This document shows positions 1-8,254 of a stretch of 64,000 bases of DNA, one piece after another (within the stretch, counting starts at the first letter, position 1; each line of letters begins with the position of its first letter). The notes beneath the pieces were generated by a model. It saw only the letters and a list, made by a program, of their open reading frames with translations. It searched no databases and had not been told where the DNA came from. Source of the DNA: a virus (taxonomy: Duplodnaviria; Caudoviricetes); IMG/VR virus record IMGVR_UViG_3300010163_000010, positions 41,183 to 105,182 of that record; one strand, given 5' to 3'. A program made the position numbers and the translations under genes.

Positions 1-2
1 CT

Positions 3-158
3 CAGATACTGGACATCTATAAGCACTTCAAGATTACCAACGACAGTCAGCTTGAACAGATTGTCAAGAATCGACTGAATACGGAGTTCGTGTATCGTGA
101 TGATCCTATCGCCTATGGATTTGCATTGTACAAAGCTCTCGGCGGTGATGTAATGTGA
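3..158 (+). CDS. 3' end of a hypothetical protein truncated by the window start
   Basis: Open frame QILDIYKHF...ALGGDVM* ends at TGA 156-158, overlapping the GTG start of the next gene. Confidence 0.7.
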   Translation, partial: QILDIYKHFKITNDSQLEQIVKNRLNTEFVYRDDPIAYGFALYKALGGDVM

Positions 159-889
159 GAATACCACATGTGCACCAGCTTGGGCCTGATACTCTTTCTG
201 CGCCTACGTCTGAAATCAAGGTTGATATCAAACCGGAAGGATACATCGATGATCTCGGACTGTTTGAGGATAAGAAAGAGTACGTCAAGTTCATGATGAG
301 ACTCAAACAGATGATTCGTAACTCGTTTGAGTACACTGAGGCCATCAGCTTTCTCAAGAAGCAGTATGGGATGAACTATTGTGGTATTCATCCGAATCTG
401 AAGATGTGTGATGGATTTCGAATTGAGCTGCACCACACGCCGCTGGTTTTGGAAGATTACTGCTCGATTATCATAAACAAGCGGATCAAGCGTGGAGAGA
501 CGCTGAAGATGTCAGCTATCGCCAGTGAGGTAATGGAGGTTCATTATTTGGGTCTTGTTGGGTTGTACCCACTGTGTGAGCTGTGCCATCACTTTGCTCA
601 CTCTGCTCCTGGTGATGAGTTGTTCATTCCTATGGCTAACGTCTATGGGTATCCCGGTGAGTTCATGAACATTTATGGGGACTTTGTTCCGGCTGCCATG
701 AAAACCAAGTGGGAGAATGTGCAGGTGTTGAATAAGTCCTACACGATGATCAACAATGAACTTCCTTTAGAATTGCAGAAGCAATACATCTATATTGATG
801 CCACCGAGGACGACGCCATTGTTCCTGAGGGTATCAGTACGACAAAACTTGTCAAGTTCATAGATAAGCTGAATAAAAACGAGATATAG
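155..889 (+). CDS. Conserved jumbo-phage protein with degenerate HNH-like motif (paralog of 7342-7977)
   Basis: 244 aa; C...IELHHTP and LCELCHHFAH resemble an HNH/His-Cys box; similar to 7342-7977 (C...IEMHHGP...LSKPIH). Confidence 0.6.
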   Translation: MRIPHVHQLGPDTLSAPTSEIKVDIKPEGYIDDLGLFEDKKEYVKFMMRLKQMIRNSFEYTEAISFLKKQYGMNYCGIHPNLKMCDGFRIELHHTPLVLEDYCSIIINKRIKRGETLKMSAIASEVMEVHYLGLVGLYPLCELCHHFAHSAPGDELFIPMANVYGYPGEFMNIYGDFVPAAMKTKWENVQVLNKSYTMINNELPLELQKQYIYIDATEDDAIVPEGISTTKLVKFIDKLNKNEI

Positions 890-890
890 A

Positions 891-936
891 AATTGGACAT
901 GCGTGGTTAAGTACCGAGCCTGTCCAATTTTCTTTT
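891..936 (+). terminator. Rho-independent terminator
   Basis: AATTGGACA/TGTCCAATT inverted repeat followed by TTCTTTT after the stop codon. Confidence 0.6.
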
Positions 937-939
937 GTC

Positions 940-950
940 TATATACTATA
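940..950 (+). promoter_or_regulatory. Early-type promoter motif TATATACTATA
   Basis: One of 13 intergenic copies of YAYATAYTATW, all upstream of + strand genes. Confidence 0.75.
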
Positions 951-986
951 CAAGTGAATAATGAACGGAGAGGATTGACGATAGAG

Positions 987-1625
987 ATGAGTCATAGGGT
1001 TGATTATCTACTGTTCACTGACGCCTCGTGCCGGCGTGTTGACGATCGGCACTATTGCGCGTATGGAGACGTGATACTCAATACTGCAAATAACGAGTAC
1101 ACGAGCTTCGGAGGCCCGCTCGGGAATCAGAGCGTGGCGCACTGTGAAGCCTGGGCCATTTGGTCTGGGCTGCTGAAGACCAAGGAGATTATTGAGAGCC
1201 GTCCCGATAACAAACTCTGCAGAGTGCTGCTCATCAGCGATAGTAAGCTCAACGTTCTCGCGCTGAGCAAGTACTTGAGCAGCTGGGACATCAGTGACTG
1301 GAAGCATTGGAAGAAACACAACTCCGAGGATCAGGTTAAGAATCAGGATCTGTACAGACGTATACTGGAACTGGTGTTCAATTGCGAACGAATGAAACTG
1401 AAGGTAACCCATATCAATTCTCACCTTAAAGAAGACGACTGGCAGACGATCCAGGCTAAGTTGAGTAAGTTTGGTGTTACCGCAGATGAGAACACGTCGA
1501 AATTGTGTCTCAAGATGAACGCGCTGGCTGACAGCATCGCTTCTGACATCAGTTGGGATCTCAGGTCTACAGATGATCCGGAAATGTTTATGCAGCTTGT
1601 GCCGCGCAGGCCAAGCAGTAAATAG
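987..1625 (+). CDS. rnhA: Ribonuclease HI-like protein
   Basis: FTDAS (Asp1), CEAWAI (Glu), ISDSK (Asp), VKNQDL, HINSH and NALADSIA match RNase HI motifs; start moved to ATG 987, downstream of the promoter and RBS. Confidence 0.85.
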   Translation: MSHRVDYLLFTDASCRRVDDRHYCAYGDVILNTANNEYTSFGGPLGNQSVAHCEAWAIWSGLLKTKEIIESRPDNKLCRVLLISDSKLNVLALSKYLSSWDISDWKHWKKHNSEDQVKNQDLYRRILELVFNCERMKLKVTHINSHLKEDDWQTIQAKLSKFGVTADENTSKLCLKMNALADSIASDISWDLRSTDDPEMFMQLVPRRPSSK

Positions 1626-1633
1626 TTTCTACG

Positions 1634-1644
1634 CATATACTATA
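1634..1644 (+). promoter_or_regulatory. Early-type promoter motif CATATACTATA
   Basis: Matches the recurring motif; followed by AAGGAGGT RBS. Confidence 0.75.
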
Positions 1645-1669
1645 TTTGGGTAAAGGAGGTGGAGTAACA

Positions 1670-2506
1670 ATGGGCAGAAGTTGTGCCGATAGACTCCATC
1701 AGATTCAGAAGGATATCGGTTTAACCGATAAAGAACTGAAAGAGGCCGTAAGAGAAGTGGCTCGGCCTCGGGAAGTGCAGCTTCCCACAATTCATGAAAA
1801 GCTTCCTAAAGTTGAAAAGGAGATGAATGAGTACAGGGTCGGCGGTAAACGCCATAAGAAAGCTGTCGCATACTGGTACTTGGAGGAGTATCTGAAGCCT
1901 GAGTATGCGCAGGAAATCTATGTTGAGCACCCGGACTATAAGGAGCTTGTGGAGTACGCCTACGAACAGGCGATGAATCTGGTACAACTTCAGTCCTTTG
2001 AGCTCGAGAAAGACATTGATCTGTTCAGTGTCTTTCCGGATTACACTCCGGTAGGAAAATATGATATTCCCGAGGAGCAATGGGAGGAGTTTGATCAGTA
2101 CTGCGAAAAGCATCCCGTAAAGAACGTATCTGACGTCTTTAAGCGTCGGAAGAAGTTCAAGAAATGGCGTAACAAGAGGAGCAGGAAGTATTGTACTAAA
2201 AAGTACATCGAACGGATGTATGATCCGTTATTTGCTCTTACTGTTACGGATGAAAAGGAGATATTAGCGAACCTGCAACGGATCAGCAGGGAGAATGAGC
2301 AGCGAATAATTGAGTTCCACAAATTCTTAGACTCGTTGGTAGCAGACCAGTCAATAGGTTCTTCGGCGATGGCCAAGTTCAACGAGCAAACGAAGGTGAT
2401 ACAACAAAAGCATCGACAACGTATCCATGATTTTATGAAAGCCCATGGAATGAGTCCAACCCCATTACGGTTAGATTATGATCCAGGGATTGAACCAGGA
2501 GGGTGA
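1670..2506 (+). CDS. Hypothetical early protein with a basic segment
   Basis: RBS AAGGAGGTGGAG before ATG 1670; KRRKKFKKWRNKRSRK basic patch. Confidence 0.75.
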   Translation: MGRSCADRLHQIQKDIGLTDKELKEAVREVARPREVQLPTIHEKLPKVEKEMNEYRVGGKRHKKAVAYWYLEEYLKPEYAQEIYVEHPDYKELVEYAYEQAMNLVQLQSFELEKDIDLFSVFPDYTPVGKYDIPEEQWEEFDQYCEKHPVKNVSDVFKRRKKFKKWRNKRSRKYCTKKYIERMYDPLFALTVTDEKEILANLQRISRENEQRIIEFHKFLDSLVADQSIGSSAMAKFNEQTKVIQQKHRQRIHDFMKAHGMSPTPLRLDYDPGIEPGG

Positions 2507-2521
2507 TAAAGTAGATTCTGG

Positions 2522-2532
2522 TATATATTATA
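2522..2532 (+). promoter_or_regulatory. Early-type promoter motif TATATATTATA
   Basis: Matches the recurring motif; followed by GGAGGTG RBS. Confidence 0.7.
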
Positions 2533-2557
2533 TATGGGTACAGGAGGTGAGAGATAG

Positions 2558-4402
2558 TTGGGCAACAAGTCTAGTAAGAAAAACGAGAAACTCTCCAAGA
2601 AGCACTTGCTCCCGTATGAGTTGGAACAGTATCGTGTGATCGGGGAGCCTGACATGACCCAGCACTGGCTGGAGATTTTCACTCCGGCTATCGTGAGTGA
2701 TCTGTTCACAATTATGAATAGCAGCAGTAACAATCAGCAGAAAGCCGAGTATATTAAGGAGGAGTTGGGATACTACGGCTTCATGGAAGTGGGATTGGGC
2801 ACGAATGTGTACGCAATGCACAATCCCGCGTATCCCGGTGTGGTGTACAAATTTGCGCTGGATGATAATGGCCTTGCCGATAACTTTAACGATTCGATTC
2901 TTCAGGATATGATTGACGAGTGCATTGGCGGCAAGATCCGGCGTTCAACTCCTGTTCTGGCCAGACATCCTTCTGGAATTGTCTCGGTTCAGGAACGGTG
3001 GGTTGTGATCCGAGATCAGGATCGGATGGATACGTTTCGGGCTAGTATCCTGAAAGCACTTGAGAAGTTAGCCCAAAAGTTTCTCATAGTGGATCTGGCA
3101 CCATCGGAATATCATCTTAACTATGGCGTAGACCGGCAGGGGAACTGGAGGTTCCTGGACGCGTCTGATTTGTATCCGCTTTCCAATATCAAAGGCGGTA
3201 TCAAATGCAAGAAGCCGGTTGGTTGGGACGATGATGCCAACAAGATGATCCGCTGCGGTGGAAGCTTGAGGTATACGCCCGATTTCAGCAGGATTAAGTG
3301 CAGTAAGTGCGGCACAGAATCTTTCCCGCTGGAAATAAGACCAAACGATAAGGAGGACAAAGCGAAGATGTCTAATGCTATGATGGACGGCTTGTCGATT
3401 GAGACGCGGGAGCAGATGTACCGCGATGAGATCGATGCGATTAGTCGTCGTTACGGCAGGATCCCGAGACCTGGTCCCGTGATTCAGGTTGACGAAGCTC
3501 GGAACAAGCCGCCGCAGGCCAAGTCCAAGGCCAGGTTTGTCCCGATGGATTCTTCGTCCGCCGGGGTCAGGACTCCTAACGGTTCGACTATGATCCTGGT
3601 CGATGACGATGACGTTTCGGTTCAGCGTCAGTCTCCTAAGAGCCCCAGTCCGGAAGCTCTCAAGAACACTCATACGTCGTTTAAGCGAGGGAATAACTGT
3701 TCCGTTATCTATTCTTTCAACGACGACGATGAGCAGCCTGAAGAGGAACCGGCAGATGACCCTCAGGAAGATGCCGCTGATAGTGGTGCTGTCATTATTG
3801 ATACCACTGAGCCCGAGCCGGAAAAGGTGGATCCTCAGGATACCAAGAAGTCTTCTTCGAATGAGGATGAGCCTGAGTGTCTTGTCTCTTTGGAGTACGA
3901 CAACGATGAGCTCTCGGCGATCAAGCTGAAGATAACCGGTGACATTGAGTCAGCTTTGTACAACGGGCTGGCTCCGATTTGCGTGTCGTTCGGCAAAGGC
4001 TCTAGTGTCTACACGGCTATCAGCACTAAGGTTCTCATTGATATTCTCACTCCCATTTGCAAGGAACTTCGCGATGAGGAGATTGAGATATTGGGAGGCG
4101 CTGAAGATTCTGATGACGATGAGACCGACGGCGAGGAAGATGACGACGATAGCGGCCCGTTCTATGAGTCTATGCGGGTTATCCGACAACTCCATGATGC
4201 TTTGGAAGATGACGATGCCGGTGAAGTTGAGCGGCTACTGCCTCGTCTCAGAGATGCGTTTAAGAATGACGATTTGATGTACGAAGGTGAACGTCTCTAT
4301 GACACGCTTTCGGATCATCAGTATCCGTTCTATACGTGGATCGATCGCAGGTACCTCAAATATATGAGGAATTTCGATCCGGATCTGAATATCATCGAGT
4401 GA
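2558..4402 (+). CDS. Protein kinase-like protein with Zn ribbon and long acidic C-terminal region
   Basis: VGLGTN (Gly loop), VYK (Lys), DL....HLNYG (catalytic loop), FLDAS (DFG-like); C..C / CSKC Zn ribbon; Asp/Glu-rich tail. Confidence 0.7.
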   Translation: MGNKSSKKNEKLSKKHLLPYELEQYRVIGEPDMTQHWLEIFTPAIVSDLFTIMNSSSNNQQKAEYIKEELGYYGFMEVGLGTNVYAMHNPAYPGVVYKFALDDNGLADNFNDSILQDMIDECIGGKIRRSTPVLARHPSGIVSVQERWVVIRDQDRMDTFRASILKALEKLAQKFLIVDLAPSEYHLNYGVDRQGNWRFLDASDLYPLSNIKGGIKCKKPVGWDDDANKMIRCGGSLRYTPDFSRIKCSKCGTESFPLEIRPNDKEDKAKMSNAMMDGLSIETREQMYRDEIDAISRRYGRIPRPGPVIQVDEARNKPPQAKSKARFVPMDSSSAGVRTPNGSTMILVDDDDVSVQRQSPKSPSPEALKNTHTSFKRGNNCSVIYSFNDDDEQPEEEPADDPQEDAADSGAVIIDTTEPEPEKVDPQDTKKSSSNEDEPECLVSLEYDNDELSAIKLKITGDIESALYNGLAPICVSFGKGSSVYTAISTKVLIDILTPICKELRDEEIEILGGAEDSDDDETDGEEDDDDSGPFYESMRVIRQLHDALEDDDAGEVERLLPRLRDAFKNDDLMYEGERLYDTLSDHQYPFYTWIDRRYLKYMRNFDPDLNIIE

Positions 4403-4521
4403 ACCCGCTGGGATGATCTATAGTTCCAGTGGTTCATTATAAATTGACTGCTTGTGGAATATCCTTATAAGTCCATAGCAGTCAGTAAGTATCAACCCCG
4501 TGTATAAAAGGAGGAACATTT

Positions 4522-5616
4522 ATGGCTATGGTAATCATTGGCTCTGAGAGCCTCATTCGTGATGAGGTTTTCACTAACTACCGGCAGGTGGCCGCCTTCA
4601 ACCTGGGCAAGGGGAAGGGCTCGGCCGTCAATTCCGTCGGTCGTGAGATCGAGTACGAGAAGCTGGGCTTCCTGCCCAATGAGGACACGATCAACGGCAT
4701 CAAGTCCGGTGACATCAAGCTCAAGAAGGTCATCAAGAAGGCCGTCAAGGTCCTGCACAAGCCGTCCATGGACAGCGAGTCCGCGACCCTGGGCTTGGGT
4801 GTTACGCAGCTGATCACCTTGATCACCTCTGACCGTAAGGCCAAGAAGGGGATTCCGGTGGTCGCTTTCATCACTGATCAGGATGACCCCGAGCGGAACA
4901 AGATCCTGGTCAAGTTCATCAAGGCGATCCTGGGCGAGTTCGGCATCAAGACTTTGGATAAGGCTAAGGTAATTAAGAAGATCTTCAAGAAGCGCAAGAA
5001 GGCGCGTGATCGTGTGGCCAGCTACTGCAGCAAGAACAAGAACGGCTGCAACCTCTCTCAGAAGGGGGTTGAGCTCAAGAAGCTCAACTTTGTCTACTTT
5101 GAGATGGAGCTGCGCCAGAGCGGCATGGTCGACGTGGACCTGGCTGACCTGGCCGATCGGGATGTGGTCAACGCCTGCGTGCGGACGCTGCTGAGGGTGT
5201 ATACCGCCGAGAACCTGAAGGATGCTTCCAGCAAGAGCATGGCCAAGAAGCTGGCCAAGAAGGATCGCCGGTCTGTTCGGGCCTACAATGATCTGCGGGA
5301 GATTCTCCTGACCGTCAACGCCAACCTGAAGCTGCCTAAGGTCAAGTATGGGCAGAAGAAGAAGAACGGCCGCGCGGTGAAGCCCAAGCTGAACTGCAAG
5401 AAGTTCAAGAAGTTCTTCATGAAGAAGGACAACCGCGCCCTGCTGGTGCTGATCTACTGGCACACCCTGGCCATTCTGGTCGGTGTCGAGGCTGGCTCTA
5501 AGGAGTACAACGCCCACATGAAGCTGCTGTCCTCTCTGTTCAAGCCGGAGTTCATCAAGCAGTATCTGACGTCGACGGCTGCGTACGTCAAGGGTGAGTC
5601 TCTCGCCACGAAGTAA
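4522..5616 (+). CDS. Very Lys-rich hypothetical protein, probably highly expressed
   Basis: 364 aa; AAGGAGG RBS; strong C/G-ending codon bias (AAG, ATC, CTG); terminator follows. Confidence 0.85.
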   Translation: MAMVIIGSESLIRDEVFTNYRQVAAFNLGKGKGSAVNSVGREIEYEKLGFLPNEDTINGIKSGDIKLKKVIKKAVKVLHKPSMDSESATLGLGVTQLITLITSDRKAKKGIPVVAFITDQDDPERNKILVKFIKAILGEFGIKTLDKAKVIKKIFKKRKKARDRVASYCSKNKNGCNLSQKGVELKKLNFVYFEMELRQSGMVDVDLADLADRDVVNACVRTLLRVYTAENLKDASSKSMAKKLAKKDRRSVRAYNDLREILLTVNANLKLPKVKYGQKKKNGRAVKPKLNCKKFKKFFMKKDNRALLVLIYWHTLAILVGVEAGSKEYNAHMKLLSSLFKPEFIKQYLTSTAAYVKGESLATK

Positions 5617-5626
5617 GTGACCGATG

Positions 5627-5663
5627 AGGTCGGGTCCAGGAGATTCTTGGGCCCGATCTTTTT
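5627..5663 (+). terminator. Rho-independent terminator
   Basis: AGGTCGGGTCCAGGA/TCTTGGGCCCGATCT stem plus T run. Confidence 0.8.
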
Positions 5664-5678
5664 ATCGCTGGAGGTGTT

Positions 5679-5972
5679 TTGATGCCTAAGGTTAAAGCCT
5701 TGTATGAGTGCCGGCAGTGTGGTGCTCATTTTATGTCTGATGAAAAGTATGACGTCAGAAATCTGGAGACTTATAAGGATCTGCAGTTTTTCGATCAGCT
5801 CAACGCGTTAGGGGAGCAAGTGCGGACTGAGACTGCTCCCGTGTCTTGGGCGAAGCATCTGTGGGTGCCGTTGAAGATTGTGCATAAGTGCAATGAGAGT
5901 GTTCACGGTGTATGCGATCTGATTGGGCTTTTGGAGCTCCCTGATGACTCCGGAGATAACGACAGATCGTGA
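5679..5972 (+). CDS. Small Zn-finger protein
   Basis: YECRQCG and HKC...VCDLIG; GGAGGTG RBS. Confidence 0.7.
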   Translation: MMPKVKALYECRQCGAHFMSDEKYDVRNLETYKDLQFFDQLNALGEQVRTETAPVSWAKHLWVPLKIVHKCNESVHGVCDLIGLLELPDDSGDNDRS

Positions 5973-6780
5973 TCGCCAGGGGTTCTATTCCCTGAAGCGT
6001 AAGTACAGCGAACTGTACAAACGTGTGAACTATATCCAGAGGGACATCGATCTCATCCAAAACAAGATTACCGAGTATGATATCCGCTCGGCCAACACGT
6101 CAATTTTGGAACAGAATCACAAGCTCAAAAAAGCTACGTTGGAGGCGATCAACAGTCTCCCTGGAAAAGACCGTAAGGTTATTATAGGAAAAATGATCAA
6201 GAACGACCCCTCTCTGCAAAAGGTTATAGTCAGAGGTGTTATACGTGCAAAGAGGGATCTGTTCTCGGCAAATCTCATTCAAGATGCTGATGTATTAAGC
6301 ATTAAGAATGATGCTGTATTCATTATAGGGCGAAAGCTCAGGTATACATCGTTTGGTGCTATAGAGTTTAGGCCGAAACATGTGTATTCGCTCTACATGA
6401 ACATAGATGGAACAGAGTTCTACTATGATAAGACTGAGCAAAGAGTCTCTGTTAAAGGTATCCGGGATGAGATAGTCGAACATCCCGATCATCAAGCAGG
6501 GATGATGCAGTTCTTTGTGACTGTAATGAAGCATTTAATGTTGGACCGGCGAGATGCTCTCAGAAAGTATCTGATTGAGTTCTCATCGGCCTATAAGGAA
6601 AAGAAACTTCCGCCGTGTTACTACCGGGAACTCAGCAGTGACAACTTCTATCGAACAAAAATGGCCTTGGGCGACTACACGTTTGCTCTTGATTATGCCA
6701 GTGAAGATGAACTTGAATTGATTGATGGTGTATATAACTATAAAAGGTTTGTACTCCCGTTAATTCAAAAGTATATCTGA
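5944..6780 (+). CDS. Minimal family-B-like DNA polymerase (palm/thumb only)
   Basis: EYDIRSANTSIL resembles PolB motif A, LSIKNDAVFII resembles motif C, VSVKGI resembles the thumb KG motif; no exonuclease domain. Confidence 0.55.
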   Translation: MTPEITTDRDRQGFYSLKRKYSELYKRVNYIQRDIDLIQNKITEYDIRSANTSILEQNHKLKKATLEAINSLPGKDRKVIIGKMIKNDPSLQKVIVRGVIRAKRDLFSANLIQDADVLSIKNDAVFIIGRKLRYTSFGAIEFRPKHVYSLYMNIDGTEFYYDKTEQRVSVKGIRDEIVEHPDHQAGMMQFFVTVMKHLMLDRRDALRKYLIEFSSAYKEKKLPPCYYRELSSDNFYRTKMALGDYTFALDYASEDELELIDGVYNYKRFVLPLIQKYI

Positions 6781-6794
6781 TCGGAGGAGTTGTC

Positions 6795-7304
6795 ATGATA
6801 ATGAACATTCCCGTGCTGATAACACTGTATGTTTTGGCAGCACTGTTGCTGGCTTTCGCCGGAACGGTAACTGTCTATGCGATTAAATTTCTACGGGCTG
6901 CCCGCGAAAATAAGAAGAAGACTGAGCTTGTTGTCAAGCTTACAGAGGAGAGAGTGCGGAAGGAATATAACCGCATCGCATTGCTTGACTACGACAAGCT
7001 CAACCGGGTTCTGTCTGTGATGTTCTCCCGGTACCTGATTCTCTCCTCTGACGCCAATGTCAGTGAAAAAGATCCTAATGCCTACCAGCAGCTGTATGCG
7101 TCAGCGCTGGCGAAAATGATTGAATATCTCGGCCCGGAAACTATGAAGGCATTGGACTACCATTATGGTGATAATTATGTGATACGATGGGCCGAGTCCG
7201 CGTTCCGATCATTGGAATTCGACGGAGTAGTGAGCAACATTGTTCATCTGCAAGGTAAGGTGAGTTGTAAGGATGTTGCGCAACGTTTGGCTACGTGGCA
7301 ATAG
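6795..7304 (+). CDS. Membrane-anchored hypothetical protein
   Basis: N-terminal hydrophobic helix (VLITLYVLAALLLAFAGTVTVYAI); GGAGGAG RBS. Confidence 0.8.
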   Translation: MIMNIPVLITLYVLAALLLAFAGTVTVYAIKFLRAARENKKKTELVVKLTEERVRKEYNRIALLDYDKLNRVLSVMFSRYLILSSDANVSEKDPNAYQQLYASALAKMIEYLGPETMKALDYHYGDNYVIRWAESAFRSLEFDGVVSNIVHLQGKVSCKDVAQRLATWQ

Positions 7305-7308
7305 AATT

Positions 7309-7341
7309 GGTGCTCGGGGAAACCCGAGCACCGTTCTTTTT
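7309..7341. terminator. Terminator between convergent genes
   Basis: GGTGCTCGGG-GAAA-CCCGAGCACC plus T run. Confidence 0.85.
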
Positions 7342-7977
7342 CTATTTGAAACTGGCAAGTTTATCGGCTACATCAAACAGACCTTGATCCAGAGTTTGAC
7401 CTTCAGCTCGCCGGCATTCATTGCAGTACCGGCGAATATATCCACGATGTTCAGGTTCCAATCCATCTTCCCATTTATCTATGAAGCGATCTAACCGGCC
7501 AAAGGTTGCCTTAACATCCAGGAAGATTCCTTTGTTTGACTTTTTGTTGTGAGCTCCTCCCATGTGTATGGGTTTAGAGAGCATAACGATCATGATGTTG
7601 TTTTCCTCATGCTCTGTGAGTACCTGGTCGCCAATGGAGAATGTTGTAACCTTTTCGTTTCCCCTTCTGAGATTAGCCTTGAGCACAATATCGCAGATGT
7701 CGAACAGGTTAAAGATAGGACCATGGTGCATTTCTATTTTGAGCCTGGGTTCATCGGTGGGGAGTCGTCCCATGATAGCACAACGGTTCAATCCGCCTGC
7801 TTTCAGTTTAGCTATGTAGTCGCTATACCTGTCGTCAGACCGTACAACCCATTCGCAGCCTTTGACATATTTTACATACCGGTCATAGTCTTCCAGCAGG
7901 TCATCGGGCTCAGCTTCGAACGATACATAGTTATCAGAGAACTCGCCAGATCCATATATGCGTGTAGCTCCAAACAT
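7342..7977 (-). CDS. Conserved jumbo-phage protein with degenerate HNH-like motif (paralog of 155-889)
   Basis: 211 aa; YVKYVKGCEWVVRSDDRY, C, IEMHHGPIFNL; RBS and late-type promoter upstream. Confidence 0.7.
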   Translation of the reverse strand: MFGATRIYGSGEFSDNYVSFEAEPDDLLEDYDRYVKYVKGCEWVVRSDDRYSDYIAKLKAGGLNRCAIMGRLPTDEPRLKIEMHHGPIFNLFDICDIVLKANLRRGNEKVTTFSIGDQVLTEHEENNIMIVMLSKPIHMGGAHNKKSNKGIFLDVKATFGRLDRFIDKWEDGLEPEHRGYIRRYCNECRRAEGQTLDQGLFDVADKLASFK

Positions 7978-8005
7978 ATCAGCCTATTCCTTTCATATAC
8001 AGTGT

Positions 8006-8025
8006 AACAGATTTATAAGGATGTC
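8006..8025. promoter_or_regulatory. Overlapping divergent late-type promoters sharing one TATA
   Basis: + strand AACA-GATT-TATA (8006-8017); - strand GACA-TCCT-TATA (8025-8014). Confidence 0.6.
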
Positions 8026-8178
8026 GTACGCGTTTTTAAAGGTAGGCATCCACTCGTGTATATCTGGTTGTAGTATGGACACACCCACATTCGTTTCACT
8101 GGACTTTTGCTTGTTCGACACACTCCTTTGTTGGTGCCAAATCTTCTGCCGCTGGGAATTCCCAGCGGCAGCTTTTTT
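8018..8178 (+). ncRNA. Candidate small RNA bounded by a late promoter and a terminator
   Basis: Starts after AACA-N4-TATA and ends at CTGCCGCTGGG-AATT-CCCAGCGGCAG + T6; no credible ORF ends before the terminator. Confidence 0.45.
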
Positions 8179-8199
8179 AGTTATCAAAGGTAAACCCGG

Positions 8200-8211
8200 A
8201 ACAACACTATA
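8200..8211 (+). promoter_or_regulatory. Late-type promoter AACA-ACAC-TATA
   Basis: Matches RACA-N4-TATA; upstream of the structural operon. Confidence 0.7.
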
Positions 8212-8254
8212 GATTCAAGTAGTCTATATTATTAAGAAAGGAGGGCGTTGTGAC

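Noticed and set aside
4492-5517. 341-aa - strand ORF, and similar antisense ORFs at 28020-28874, 30782-31642, 40226-40891 and 54156-55025
   Set aside because: In-register antisense shadows of codon-biased + strand genes that have clear RBSs or motifs
7958-8212. 84-aa + strand ORF in the divergent intergenic region
   Set aside because: Starts inside the opposite gene, has no RBS and runs through a perfect terminator
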